Of a stretch of DNA of 64,000 nucleotides, positions 29,447 through 39,771 are shown in pieces (positions within the stretch are counted from its first letter, which is position 1; every line of letters begins with the position of its first letter). Origin of the DNA: Alphaproteobacteria bacterium (lineage in GTDB: Bacteria; Pseudomonadota; Alphaproteobacteria; Geminicoccales; Geminicoccaceae); NCBI GenBank assembly GCA_009908425.1, contig JAAAPF010000310.1:502-64501 (forward strand). The letters are read 5' to 3'. The notes beneath the pieces are model-generated. The model ran no database searches. It saw only the letters and a list, made by a program, of their open reading frames with translations, and had not been told where the DNA came from. Position numbers and translations under genes: made by a program.

Positions 29447-30975
29447 ACCTCGTCCGCGCCGCGGCGGTCGTCGGCTCCAACACGATGCTGTCGCGGGTGC
29501 TGGGCTTCGTCCGCGACGTCGCGATGGCCAACGTCCTCGGCGCCGGCGTCGTCTCCGACGCGTTCTTCGTCGCCTTCAAGCTCGCCAACTTCCTGCGCCG
29601 CCTCTTTGCCGAGGGCGCCTTCAACGCCGCCTTCGTGCCGATGGTCTCGCGCGCCTTGGAAACCAACGGCCCGGCGGACGCGCGGCGCTTCGCCGGCGAG
29701 GCGCTCGCCGGGCTGGCGCTGGTGCTGGTGCTGGTGGTGATCGCCGCCGAACTGTTCATGCCGGAACTGGTAGGGGTGCTCGCCGGCGGCTACGGCCCGG
29801 ACGATCCGCGCCTTCCGCTCGCGGTCGAGCTCAGCCACATCACCTTTCCCTACATCCTGTTGATCTCGCTGGCGGCGCTTTTGGGCGGCATGCTCAACGC
29901 GGTGGGTCGCTTCGGCGCCGCCGCCTTCGCGCCCGTCCTCTTGAACCTGGTGCTGATCGCGGCGCTCCTGGCCTCGCCCTGGCTGCCGGTGGGGCCGGCC
30001 CACGCCCTCGCCTGGGGGGTGGCGATCGCCGGCGTCGCCCAGCTCGCCTTCCTCACCCGCGCCGCGGCGCGCGCCGAGATGCTCCCCACGCTCACCCGCC
30101 CGCGCTGGAACCCGAGGATCCGCCGGCTCGCGCTCCTGGTCCTGCCCGGTGCCCTCGGCGCCGGCGTCGCGCAGGTGAACATGCTGGTGGACCTCTGGTT
30201 CGCCTCGCACCTGCCGCCGGGGGCGCAGTCGTATCTGTTCTACGCCGACCGCCTGAACCAGCTGCCGCTGGGGGTCGTCGGCATCGCCGTCGGCACGGCG
30301 CTGCTGCCGGTGCTCTCGCGCGAGGTCGCGGCCGGCGACGCGCTCCAGGCCCGCGGCACGCTCAACCGCGCGATCCGACTGGCGCTCCTGCTGACCCTGC
30401 CGGCGACGGCGGCGCTGGTGCTGATCGCGCAGCCGATCGTGGTGGGCCTGTTCGAGCGCGGCGCCTTCGACGCAGCGGCCAGCCGCGCGACGGCGGCGAC
30501 CGTGCAGGCCTTCGCGGTGGGCCTGCCCGCCTACGTGCTGGTCAAGGTCATGGCGCCCGCGTTCTTCGCCCGCGAGGACACCCGCACGCCGGTGTTGGTG
30601 GCGGCGGTGGCGCTGGTGGCCAACATCGCCTTGATCCTGGTGTTCATCGACGCCCTCGCCCATGTCGGCATCGCGCTCGCCACCGCCCTGGCCAACTGGC
30701 TCAACGTGGTGCTGCTCGCCGTCCTGCTCGCCCGCGCCGGATGGTTCCGGCCCGACCGGGCACTCGCCGCCCACCTCGCCCGCGCCCTGGCGGCGACGCT
30801 GGTGATGGCGGCGGTGCTGGTCGGGGTCGATCGGCTGGCGATGGACTGGCCGGCGCTGGTCCGGCTCGGCGCGCTCGTCGGCGCCGGCGGGGCGGCCTTC
30901 GCCGTCGCCGCGCTCGCGTTCGGCGCGGTGCCGGGGGAGTTGCGCCGTCTGGTCGCCCGCCGCGCCCCCGGCTGA
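29443..30975 (+). CDS. murJ: Lipid II flippase MurJ (MviN)
   Basis: LSRVLGFVRDVAMANVLGAGVVSDAFFVAFKLANFLRRLFAEGAFNAAFVP is the canonical MurJ N-terminus. 510 aa polytopic protein. TTG overlaps the glnD stop (TTGA). Confidence 0.9.
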   Translation: MNLVRAAAVVGSNTMLSRVLGFVRDVAMANVLGAGVVSDAFFVAFKLANFLRRLFAEGAFNAAFVPMVSRALETNGPADARRFAGEALAGLALVLVLVVIAAELFMPELVGVLAGGYGPDDPRLPLAVELSHITFPYILLISLAALLGGMLNAVGRFGAAAFAPVLLNLVLIAALLASPWLPVGPAHALAWGVAIAGVAQLAFLTRAAARAEMLPTLTRPRWNPRIRRLALLVLPGALGAGVAQVNMLVDLWFASHLPPGAQSYLFYADRLNQLPLGVVGIAVGTALLPVLSREVAAGDALQARGTLNRAIRLALLLTLPATAALVLIAQPIVVGLFERGAFDAAASRATAATVQAFAVGLPAYVLVKVMAPAFFAREDTRTPVLVAAVALVANIALILVFIDALAHVGIALATALANWLNVVLLAVLLARAGWFRPDRALAAHLARALAATLVMAAVLVGVDRLAMDWPALVRLGALVGAGGAAFAVAALAFGAVPGELRRLVARRAPG

Positions 30976-31047
30976 GGCGCGCTTGACGCTTCGGACGTTC
31001 TGTGTGCTTAAGCCCGCTCGCTCTCTGGGATCACGGAACGGCGCGGA

Positions 31048-32052
31048 ATGAAGGGTCGCATCTTCTCCGGCGTGCAGCCGACGCACGGCCTGCATCTCGG
31101 CAACTATCTCGGCGCCATCCGCAACTGGGCCGAGCTGCAGGCGGCGTACGACTGCATCTACTGCATCGTGGACCTGCACGCCCTGACGACGGTGCACGAC
31201 CCCCGGGCCATGCACGCCAACACCCGCGAGGTCGCCGCGGCCCTGCTCGCCTGCGGCATCGACCCGCGGCGCTCGGTGCTGTTCGTGCAGTCCAACGTCT
31301 TCGCCCACGCCGAGCTCGCCTGGATCTTGAACTGCGTCACGCCGCTCGGCTGGCTCAACCGGATGACGCAGTTCAAGGAGAAGGCCGGCAAGAACCGCGA
31401 GAACGCGGCCCTGGGCCTCTACGCCTACCCGGTGCTGCAGGCCGCCGACATCCTGGCCTACAAGGCCGAGTACGTGCCGGTGGGGGAGGACCAAAAGCAG
31501 CACCTCGAGCTCTCGCGCGACATCGCGAGCGCCTTCAACCGTGCCTTCGCCGAGGACTTCTTTCCGCTGCCCGCGCCGCTGATCCTCGACGCCACCGCCC
31601 GCATCATGTCGCTGCGCGACGGCACCAAGAAGATGAGCAAGTCGGAAGCTTCGGACATGTCGCGGATCAACCTCACCGACGACGCCGAGGCCATCTCCCT
31701 CAAGTTCCAAAAGGCCAAGTCGGATTCGTTCGAGGGGCTGGCGATCGACGAGGCGAGCCGGCCCGAGGCGACCAACCTGTTGCGGATCTACGCCGCCCTC
31801 GCCGAGCGGCCGCTGGCCGAGGTCGCCGCCGACCACGCGGGCACGCAGTTCTCGGCGTTCAAGCGCGAACTGGCCGACCTCGCCGTCGCCAAGCTGGCGC
31901 CGCTCAATGCCGAGATGCGCCGGCTGATGGCCGATCCCGCCCAGATCGACGCCATCCTCGCCGACGGGGCCGAGCGGGCCGCGGCGATCGCGTTGCCCGT
32001 GCTCGAGGAGGTGCGCGCGGCCTGCGGCTTCTTGCGGCCCACGCGCGGCTGA
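31048..32052 (+). CDS. trpS: Tryptophan--tRNA ligase
   Basis: [17 protein letters not shown] (HIGH-type motif) and KMSKS. 334 aa. Confidence 0.95.
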   Translation: MKGRIFSGVQPTHGLHLGNYLGAIRNWAELQAAYDCIYCIVDLHALTTVHDPRAMHANTREVAAALLACGIDPRRSVLFVQSNVFAHAELAWILNCVTPLGWLNRMTQFKEKAGKNRENAALGLYAYPVLQAADILAYKAEYVPVGEDQKQHLELSRDIASAFNRAFAEDFFPLPAPLILDATARIMSLRDGTKKMSKSEASDMSRINLTDDAEAISLKFQKAKSDSFEGLAIDEASRPEATNLLRIYAALAERPLAEVAADHAGTQFSAFKRELADLAVAKLAPLNAEMRRLMADPAQIDAILADGAERAAAIALPVLEEVRAACGFLRPTRG

Positions 32053-32088
32053 GCGAAGCTCCGCCGCGCCGTCGAGGAGGACCGCATC

Positions 32089-33015
32089 ATGTCATCCGCC
32101 GTCGCCGCCATCGGTCGCGGGCTCAAGCGCACGGCGTGGTTGGTCGTGGTCGGGGCGGTGCTGGTGGCGCTCTACTACGCCGTCGGCGGCGCGTTCGTGC
32201 ACCGGATCGACGCCGACCCCGCCTTCGCCGAGGACGTCGCGGTGCCGGCGGGCGGCTCGACGTTGGTGGCCACGACCGCGGCCCTGATCCGCCGCGAGGT
32301 CGACCGCCACGGCTGGGTCGCCAACGACCCGATCATCTTTCCCTCCGGCCTGCTCGACGACATGGCGGCGTATCAAGCGGGGCTGATCGGGTCGGCGCGG
32401 GCGGTCGTGGAGGCGCTCCCGGTCGACGGCCCCGCCCCGGCCGAGCTCGCCGCCGCGCGCACCGCCCTGGCCGTGCCCCCCGATCGCTGGACCTTCGACG
32501 TCCCCCGCAGCTGGGCACCCCAGGAGGCCAGCGAGTCCTCCTACCGCGACGCCGCCGACGCGCTCGACCGCTTCAACGCCCAACTCGCCGCCGGCACCTA
32601 CGCGCTCGCGGGCGCTCCCGCGGCCGTCGCCGCGCTGGTCGCGGGTTTCGCCGACACCGTCGACGCGGCCGCCACCGCCGGGCTCGACCACGTCGAGGCC
32701 CGCGGGGGCGGTTGGCTCGACACCACCGCCGACGATCGGTTCCAGACCACCCGCGCGGTGCTCTATGCCCGACTCCTTCTGCTGGGCGCGCTCGCCGCCG
32801 ATCACCCCGACCTCTTCGAGGGCGACGACACCGCGCTGCGCGACGCCGTCGCGCGGCTGGAGCGCGCCGCCGCGCTCGGCCCCTGGTACGTCACCAACGG
32901 GCCGGCCGACGGTCAATGGCGGCCGAGCCACGTGGCGACGCAGGCGGCCTACGCCCTCGACGCGGCTGCCGCGCTGCGGGCGCTCGCCGCCACCCTCACC
33001 ATCAGCGATACTTGA
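32089..33015 (+). CDS. Uncharacterised N-terminally membrane-anchored protein (resembles DUF2333 from memory, unverified)
   Basis: GAGGAGG Shine-Dalgarno and ATG 32089. One TM (WLVVVGAVLVALYYAV), then a soluble domain with GWVANDPIIFPSGLLDDM. High GC3. Confidence 0.65.
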   Translation: MSSAVAAIGRGLKRTAWLVVVGAVLVALYYAVGGAFVHRIDADPAFAEDVAVPAGGSTLVATTAALIRREVDRHGWVANDPIIFPSGLLDDMAAYQAGLIGSARAVVEALPVDGPAPAELAAARTALAVPPDRWTFDVPRSWAPQEASESSYRDAADALDRFNAQLAAGTYALAGAPAAVAALVAGFADTVDAAATAGLDHVEARGGGWLDTTADDRFQTTRAVLYARLLLLGALAADHPDLFEGDDTALRDAVARLERAAALGPWYVTNGPADGQWRPSHVATQAAYALDAAAALRALAATLTISDT

Positions 33016-33067
33016 ACGCGCTCAGACGGCGCGCCATGTTGGCGCCAGCGTTATGCGAGGAAAGCCC

Positions 33068-33625
33068 ATGTTCATCCAGACGGAGCCTACGCCCAACCCC
33101 GCCAGCATGAAGTTCCTGCCGGGCCGCGCCGTCATGGAAGACGGCGTCGCCGACTTCCCGGCGGCGGACAAGGCGGAAGAGGCGTCGCCGCTGGCGCGGC
33201 GACTGTTCGCCGTCGACGGCGTCGCCGGGGTCTATCTCGGCCGCGACTTCATCACCGTGAGCAAGGTCGATTCGCTCGACTGGCAGAGCCTGAAACCGGC
33301 GGTGCTCGGCGCGATCATGGAGCACTTCATGAGCGGCGAGCCGGTGGTTGTCGAGGCGGCTCTGCCCGAAGAGGCGACGCACCACGCCGAGGACGACGAG
33401 TTGGTGCGCCAGATCCGCGACCTGATCGACACCCGGGTGCGGCCGGCGGTCGCGCAGGACGGCGGCGACATCGTCTTCCACGGCTTCGAGCGCGGTGTCG
33501 TCTATCTACACATGCGCGGCGCCTGCTCGGGCTGTCCGAGCTCGGTGGTCACGCTCAAGAACGGCATCGAGAACCTGCTGCGCTATTACGTGCCCGAAGT
33601 GTCCGAGGTCCGCGCCATCGGCTGA
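33068..33625 (+). CDS. NifU/Nfu-type Fe-S cluster scaffold/carrier (Nfu_N + NifU C-terminal domain)
   Basis: MFIQTEPTPNPASMKFLPG (Nfu N-domain) and VYLHMRGACSGCPSS (CxxC). 185 aa. Confidence 0.88.
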   Translation: MFIQTEPTPNPASMKFLPGRAVMEDGVADFPAADKAEEASPLARRLFAVDGVAGVYLGRDFITVSKVDSLDWQSLKPAVLGAIMEHFMSGEPVVVEAALPEEATHHAEDDELVRQIRDLIDTRVRPAVAQDGGDIVFHGFERGVVYLHMRGACSGCPSSVVTLKNGIENLLRYYVPEVSEVRAIG

Positions 33626-33634
33626 ACCATTCCG

Positions 33635-34282
33635 GTGCGTCTGCTGGCCCTCGACAGCTCCGGCGATCTGCGCTCCGTGGCCCTCGACGACGACGGCGTA
33701 ATCCTGGTCGAGCGTGCCGAGGCCGGGGCCCGCGGCCATGCGGAACGCCTGATCGCGCTGGTCGACGCGGCGCGCGCCGAGGGTGGCTGGACGTGGTCGA
33801 CCATCGATCGGCTCGTCGTCGCGGTCGGTCCGGGCAGCTTCACCGGCGTGCGCGTCGCCGTGGCCGCGGCCCGCGCCCTGGCGCTCGCGCTCGACCGGCC
33901 CGTACACGCCGTCACCACGCTCGACGCGCTGGTCGCGGCGGCCAGCGACGCCGAGCCGCCGGTGGTACCGGTGATCGACGCCCGGCGCGGCGGCCTTTAC
34001 GTCGCTCGGCCCGACGCCGGCGAGGGCGGGAGCACGCCGGTGGCGACCACCCCAGCCGCCGCCACCGACGGGCTACCGGCGCGCTTCACCGCGGTCGGCA
34101 GCGGCGCGCCGGCCCTGATCGCCGCCGCCGGCCGCGGCGAGGCGCGCGAGCGGGCGGTCACGGCGAGCGGCGCGCTCGCCGCCGCGCGCACGGCGATCGC
34201 CGCCGGCACGGGGCCGATGGCGGGACCGGCCGTGCGGCCGCTCTATGTCCGCGCCGCCGACGCCGTACCACGGGCGGCCTGA
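33635..34282 (+). CDS. tsaB: tRNA threonylcarbamoyladenosine biosynthesis protein TsaB
   Basis: MRLLALDSSGD... and VVAVGPGSFTGVRVAVAAARALAL. GTG start. Confidence 0.85.
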   Translation: MRLLALDSSGDLRSVALDDDGVILVERAEAGARGHAERLIALVDAARAEGGWTWSTIDRLVVAVGPGSFTGVRVAVAAARALALALDRPVHAVTTLDALVAAASDAEPPVVPVIDARRGGLYVARPDAGEGGSTPVATTPAAATDGLPARFTAVGSGAPALIAAAGRGEARERAVTASGALAAARTAIAAGTGPMAGPAVRPLYVRAADAVPRAA

Positions 34283-34284
34283 CC

Positions 34285-34782
34285 ATGGCGGCGGAACTCG
34301 AGCTCGCGGCCTTCGACATCCAGAACGTCGGGGCATTCGACCTCGGCCGCCTCGCCCGCCTGCACCGCGCCTGCTTCGAAGAGCCCTGGAGCAAGAGCGA
34401 TCTCGCCCACCTGCTCGCGCTGCCCGGCGGGCTCGGGCTTATCGCACGCAGCCGCGGCCTCCGCCGGCTCGGCTTCGACACGCGGCGCCCCGTCGGCTTC
34501 AGCCTCTGCCGACTGACCCGCGACGAAAGCGAGCTGCTGTCGATCGGGGTGGCCCCCGACATGCGGCGGGTGGGGCTCGCCACCCACCTCGTCCGCCAGT
34601 CGATGCGCCGCTGCCGCGCCGGCGGCGCGCGCTGCATGTTTCTGGAGGTCGCGATCGACAACCCCGGCGCGCAGGCGCTTTACGATCGCGAGGGCTTCCG
34701 CGAGATCGGCCGCCGCGAAGGCTACTATCGCCGCAACGCCGGCGACCGGGTCGCCGCCTTGACGATGCGGGCCGAGCTCTAA
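34285..34782 (+). CDS. rimI: Ribosomal-protein-alanine N-acetyltransferase (GNAT)
   Basis: ELLSIGVAPDMRRVGLATHL (acetyl-CoA motif A), FLEVAIDNPGAQALYDREGF and GYYR. It follows tsaB by 2 nt. Confidence 0.85.
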   Translation: MAAELELAAFDIQNVGAFDLGRLARLHRACFEEPWSKSDLAHLLALPGGLGLIARSRGLRRLGFDTRRPVGFSLCRLTRDESELLSIGVAPDMRRVGLATHLVRQSMRRCRAGGARCMFLEVAIDNPGAQALYDREGFREIGRREGYYRRNAGDRVAALTMRAEL

Positions 34783-34808
34783 GGCACGTTCCGCTCAAGT
34801 TGACCGAG

Positions 34809-34878
34809 CCACCCGCACACGCCGCCCGGCCACCCAGGTTATCGTGCTCGTGGGCGGCCGGGCGGGGTGTGCGGGTGG
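34809..34878. repeat. Long imperfect inverted repeat (27-bp arms with 2 mismatches, 16-nt loop)
   Basis: Left arm ccacccgcacacgccgcccggccaccc (34809..34835). Right arm gggcggccgggcggggtgtgcgggtgg (34852..34878). It sits just downstream of the rimI stop, so it could be a terminator or a REP-like element. Confidence 0.6.
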
Positions 34879-34905
34879 GTTCGCCTAAGGGGGACGCGCA
34901 CTAGT

Positions 34906-34948
34906 GCACCGACGTAGGCGGAGCGATCAGCTCCGCCTACGTCGGTGC
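34906..34948. repeat. Perfect 19-bp-stem hairpin with 5-nt loop
   Basis: gcaccgacgtaggcggagc / gatca / gctccgcctacgtcggtgc. It is overlapped at its 5' edge by the 10-bp palindrome GCACTAGTGC (34898..34907). Confidence 0.65.
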
Positions 34949-35161
34949 CCCGGCCCCTGAGAGTCGTGCAGCTTCGGCGCGTTCGGACGCGATTCGCCCG
35001 AACAGGTCGCTGGATTGGCGCCGGCCCTCGCGCCGCGTCAGGACCGCGGTTGGCGTTGCTGCGGCAGTTTTTTGCAGCCGCCGTCGGTGCCTTGCGCGAA
35101 GCAGCGGGACGCCACCGCTTTCGCAACGCACAATCGCACCGAGACCAGTCGTTGCCGGTGC

Positions 35162-35395
35162 TCAATCCCGGGTCTTGCGGACGACCACTTCCCAACAGCC
35201 CTCACCCGCCTCGCGCTCGGCGAGAACGGCATGGCCGTGCTCGCGCAGACTGCGCGGCACATTCGTACCGGCCTCGCCGCCGCGCAGACGAATCGTGAGC
35301 AGGTCGCCGACGGCCAGTTCTTCGAGCCGTAGCTTCGTTTTGACCAGGGTCATCGGGCACATGTCGCCCGAGATGTCCAACGTGTCTTCCGCCAT
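35162..35395 (-). CDS. TusA/SirA-family sulfurtransferase-like protein (77 aa)
   Basis: MAEDTLDISGDMCPMTLVKTKLRLEELAVGDLLTIRL... has the conserved Cys in a D..G..CP context. It is the last 77 codons of the 720-aa track ORF; the remainder of that ORF is antisense to miaB. Confidence 0.8.
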   Translation of the reverse strand: MAEDTLDISGDMCPMTLVKTKLRLEELAVGDLLTIRLRGGEAGTNVPRSLREHGHAVLAEREAGEGCWEVVVRKTRD

Positions 35396-35440
35396 TTCCC
35401 TCGATGATTGCCCGCTCGCCGAAGGTTTCGAAGAAAGGGC

Positions 35441-35468
35441 TTGCACGCCCCGTTCGCTCAAATATATA
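35441..35468 (+). promoter_or_regulatory. Candidate sigma70-type promoter for the MucR/Ros gene
   Basis: TTGCAC (35441..35446), a 16-nt spacer, then TATATA (35463..35468), in the AT-richest stretch of the divergent tusA-like/mucR spacer. Confidence 0.35.
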
Positions 35469-35515
35469 TGAAGCATCGCGTTCGCCAAACGGCGTTTTTT
35501 AGGGATCGGGTGACG

Positions 35516-35929
35516 ATGACGGAGAAAATGAGCCAAAACGAGCTGCTGGCGCTGACCACCGAGATCGTGTCCTCTCACGTTTCCAACAACACGGTTCCGG
35601 TGAGCGATGTGCCCGATCTGATCAAGCACACCTATGCCAGCTTGGCCGGGATCGGGCAGCCGGCGGAGGAGGAGCAGCAGGAGAAGCCGACACCGGCGGT
35701 ACCGATCAAGCGCTCGGTCACCGACGACTACATCGTGTGCCTCGAGGATGGCAAAAAGCTCAAGATGCTGAAGCGCCACCTCAAGACCCGCTACAACATG
35801 ACGCCCGACGAGTACCGCAAGCGCTGGAACCTCCCGGACGACTATCCGATGGTGGCGCCGAACTACGCCAAGCAGCGCAGCAACCTCGCCAAAAAGATCG
35901 GGCTCGGGACCAAGCCGCGGGCGCGCTGA
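35516..35929 (+). CDS. mucR: MucR/Ros-family transcriptional regulator (variant metal site)
   Basis: LTTEIVSSHVSNNTV...IVCLEDGKKLKMLKRHLKTRYNMTPDEYRKRWNLPDDYPMVAPNYA is an unmistakable Ros/MucR core. Start at ATG 35516; alternatives at 35468 or 35528 are possible. Confidence 0.88.
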   Translation: MTEKMSQNELLALTTEIVSSHVSNNTVPVSDVPDLIKHTYASLAGIGQPAEEEQQEKPTPAVPIKRSVTDDYIVCLEDGKKLKMLKRHLKTRYNMTPDEYRKRWNLPDDYPMVAPNYAKQRSNLAKKIGLGTKPRAR

Positions 35930-35945
35930 ACGCGGCGGGCTCGGC

Positions 35946-35975
35946 TTGACGGCGGCCGCTCGCACCACCCATATC
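35946..35975 (+). promoter_or_regulatory. Candidate promoter upstream of miaB
   Basis: TTGACG (35946..35951), an 18-nt spacer, then CATATC (35970..35975). Pattern match only. Confidence 0.25.
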
Positions 35976-36013
35976 CGCCATCGTGAACGACACGCGGCGA
36001 GACGGGCGCGGGC

Positions 36014-37375
36014 TTGAGCAAGACGCTGCACATCAAGACCTACGGCTGCCAAATGAACGTCTACGATTCGCAACGGATCGCGGACGTTCTGGCGCCCCAC
36101 GGCTACGTTCTGGCCGACCACCCCGAAGCCGCCGATCTGGTGGTGCTGAACACCTGCCACATCCGCGAGAAGGCGGCCGAGAAGGTCTATTCCGAGCTCG
36201 GACGTCTGCGGCGGGTGGGAGAACGTCGCCAGCGGGCAGGTGGGGCGCCGTTGCAGGTCGCGGTGGCGGGTTGCGTGGCCCAGGCCGAGGGTGACGCCAT
36301 GGCCAAGCGAGCCCCGCACGTCGACGTGGTGGTGGGCCCGCAGAGCTATCACCGGCTGCCTGAGCTCCTGGCGCGCCGGGCGGGTCGACGCCGTCCGGTG
36401 GTCGACACCGACTTCCCGGTAGAGAGCAAATTCGACCACCTGCCCGAGGCGGCGACGCCGCCGGGCGCGACGGCGTTTTTGACCGTGCAGGAGGGCTGCG
36501 ACAAGTTCTGTAGCTTCTGCGTCGTGCCCTACACCCGCGGCGCGGAGGAGAGCCGCCCGGTCGCCGACGTGCTCGCCGAGGCGTGCGGGCTGGTGGATCG
36601 CGGTGTGCGCGAGCTCACGCTGTTGGGCCAGAACGTCAACGCCTATCACGGCGAAGCCCCGGACGGTCGCGAGTGGGGGTTGGCGCGGCTGATCCGCGAG
36701 CTCGCCGAGATCCCCGGCCTGGAGCGCATCCGCTACACCACCTCCCACCCCGCGGACATGGACGACGCGCTGATCCGCGCCCACGGCGAGGTGCCGGCCT
36801 TGATGCCGTTCCTGCACCTGCCGGTGCAGGCCGGGTCCGATCGGGTTCTGGCCGCGATGAACCGCCGTGGCGGCGCCGACGACTACCGCCGGCTGGTGGA
36901 CCGGCTGCGCGCGGCCCGCCCCGACCTCGCCCTGTCCTCGGACTTCATCGTGGGCTTTCCGGGCGAGCGCGAGGACGACTTCGCCGCCACGCTGGCGCTG
37001 GTCGACGACGTCGTCTTTGCACAAGCCTTCTCCTTCAAGTACAGTCCACGTCCGGGGACACCCGCGACGATCATGCGGCAGCACGTGGCGGAGGCCGTGA
37101 AAGCGGATCGCCTGGAGCGACTTCAAGCACGGCTCGACGACCAGCAGCGGGCGTTCAACCGCCACCTGACCGGTCACACCGTCGACGTCCTGTTCGAACG
37201 GCCGGGGCGCAAGCCCGGCCAGATGGTGGGGCGCAGCCCCTACCTGCAGGCGGTCCACGTCGACGGTGGCCCCGAACTCGCCGGGCGCTGCCTGCCGGTC
37301 GTGATCACCGCGGCGCTCGAGCACAGCCTGGCGGGCAAGCTCGCCGACGACGCCAAGCTGGGAGCGGTGGCCTGA
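36014..37375 (+). CDS. miaB: tRNA-2-methylthio-N6-dimethylallyladenosine synthase
   Basis: [15 protein letters not shown] (UPF0004 domain), radical-SAM [15 protein letters not shown] and a TRAM C-terminus. TTG start. Confidence 0.93.
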   Translation: MSKTLHIKTYGCQMNVYDSQRIADVLAPHGYVLADHPEAADLVVLNTCHIREKAAEKVYSELGRLRRVGERRQRAGGAPLQVAVAGCVAQAEGDAMAKRAPHVDVVVGPQSYHRLPELLARRAGRRRPVVDTDFPVESKFDHLPEAATPPGATAFLTVQEGCDKFCSFCVVPYTRGAEESRPVADVLAEACGLVDRGVRELTLLGQNVNAYHGEAPDGREWGLARLIRELAEIPGLERIRYTTSHPADMDDALIRAHGEVPALMPFLHLPVQAGSDRVLAAMNRRGGADDYRRLVDRLRAARPDLALSSDFIVGFPGEREDDFAATLALVDDVVFAQAFSFKYSPRPGTPATIMRQHVAEAVKADRLERLQARLDDQQRAFNRHLTGHTVDVLFERPGRKPGQMVGRSPYLQAVHVDGGPELAGRCLPVVITAALEHSLAGKLADDAKLGAVA

Positions 37376-38301
37376 AGCTCGTCCTTCCGGACAACCGGCT
37401 CGCGGCCGTCGTGTTCGGCCAGCATCACGAGAACCTCGCCCAGATCGAGCAGTTGCTCGACGTTCATTTCGTGACCCGCGGCAACGAGGTCCGCGCCGAA
37501 GGCGACGACGGCAAGCTCGCCCTCACCGTGGTCGACGACCTCTACGCCCGCGCCGAGCGCGGCGAGGACATCGCCCCGGGCGACGTCAAGGCGGCGGTGC
37601 GCCTCGCCAACCTGCCGGCGCCGGCCGAGCCCGGCCGCCGCGACGAGTCGGCGCTCAAGACCGACAAACGCGCGATCCGCCCACGCTCGAAGAACCAGGC
37701 CAACTATCTCGACGCGATGGCGGGCCACGAACTCGTCTTCGGGCTCGGCCCGGCCGGAACCGGCAAGACCTATCTCGCCGTCGCCCAGGCCGTGTCCATG
37801 CTCAAGCGCCAGCAGGTCGAGCGGCTGGTGCTGTCGCGGCCGGCGGTCGAGGCCGGCGAGCGCCTCGGCTTTCTGCCCGGCGACATGAAGGAGAAGGTCG
37901 ACCCCTATCTCCGCCCGCTCTACGACGCGCTGCAGGACATGCTCCACGAGGGCAAGCTGAACTCCAAGCTGGGTTCGGGCCAGATCGAGATCGCGCCGCT
38001 CGCCTTCATGCGGGGGCGCACACTCAGCCACGCCTTCGTCATTCTCGACGAGGCGCAGAACACCACCACCGCCCAGATGAAGATGTTCCTCACCCGCCTG
38101 GGCGAGGGTTCGCGCATGGTGGTGACCGGCGACCCGCGCCAGACCGATCTGCCGGCGGGCGTCGATTCGGGACTGGTGCGCGCGGTCGAACGCCTGCAAG
38201 CGGTGCCGGAAATCGCGGTCACCCGCTTCGATCGCAACGACATCGTCCGCCATCCCCTGGTGTCGCTGATCCTCGAGGCCTTCGAGGATGAGACGGGCTG
38301 A
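37372..38301 (+). CDS. phoH: PhoH-family ATPase (YbeZ-like)
   Basis: [37 protein letters not shown] (Walker A) and ILDEAQN. The start is uncertain. GC3 becomes coding-like exactly at CTG 37372 (CTGA overlap with the miaB stop). The next canonical start, GTG 37411, would remove conserved residues. Confidence 0.85.
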   Translation: MKLVLPDNRLAAVVFGQHHENLAQIEQLLDVHFVTRGNEVRAEGDDGKLALTVVDDLYARAERGEDIAPGDVKAAVRLANLPAPAEPGRRDESALKTDKRAIRPRSKNQANYLDAMAGHELVFGLGPAGTGKTYLAVAQAVSMLKRQQVERLVLSRPAVEAGERLGFLPGDMKEKVDPYLRPLYDALQDMLHEGKLNSKLGSGQIEIAPLAFMRGRTLSHAFVILDEAQNTTTAQMKMFLTRLGEGSRMVVTGDPRQTDLPAGVDSGLVRAVERLQAVPEIAVTRFDRNDIVRHPLVSLILEAFEDETG

Positions 38302-38319
38302 GACCGGCCGGGACCCACG

Positions 38320-38828
38320 ATGACCGACGAACCTCCAAGTTGTGACGTCACCGTCGAGCCGGCCTGGGAGGCCGCCGGGCTCGACCTGGAGGCGGCGTGC
38401 GCCGTCTGCGCCGCGGCGGTGCTGCACCGGCTGGGCCGCACCCCGGGCGGCATCGAGGTGAGCTTCCGCTTCACCGACGACGCCACCATCGCCGCGCTCA
38501 ACGCCGCTTGGCGCGGCCGCGCCGCGGCCACCGACGTGCTCTCCTTTCCCACCGCCGACGACGGCCCGGAGGCGCCGAACGCGCCGCGGCTGCTGGGCGA
38601 CGTCGTGCTGGCCTACGACACCTGCGAGCGCGACGCGGCGGCGCTGGAGCGCCCCCTCGCCGCCCATGTTCGCCACCTGCTCGTCCACGGCATGTTGCAC
38701 CTGTGCCGTTTCGATCACGGCACGCCCGCGGAGGCGGCGGATATGGAAGCGTTGGAGATCGCGATTCTCGACGAACTCGGCGTGCCGGATCCCTATGCCG
38801 GCCGCGCGCTCATGGAGGAGGACCCGCG

Positions 38829-38832
<4 letters not shown>
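38320..38832 (+). CDS. ybeY: rRNA maturation endoribonuclease YbeY
   Basis: LLVHGMLHLCRFDH zinc-binding motif. 170 aa. Confidence 0.9.
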
Positions 38833-39722
<890 letters not shown>

Positions 39723-39771
39723 GCCGCGCCAGCCGGCGCCGCGGGCGCGCCCGCCCGAGCCGGCGGCGGAC

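Noticed and set aside
35478-35500. Short hairpin plus T6 run (cgcc-aaac-ggcg-tttttt) in the mucR leader, resembling an intrinsic terminator or attenuator
   Set aside because: The stem is only 4 bp. It lies between a putative promoter and the start codon, with no upstream gene to terminate. This is insufficient evidence.
35396-37324. Upstream 640 codons of the 720-aa minus-strand ORF
   Set aside because: It is antisense to miaB and mucR. Only the terminal 77 codons (the TusA-like protein) have a plausible start, a Shine-Dalgarno context and a family signature.
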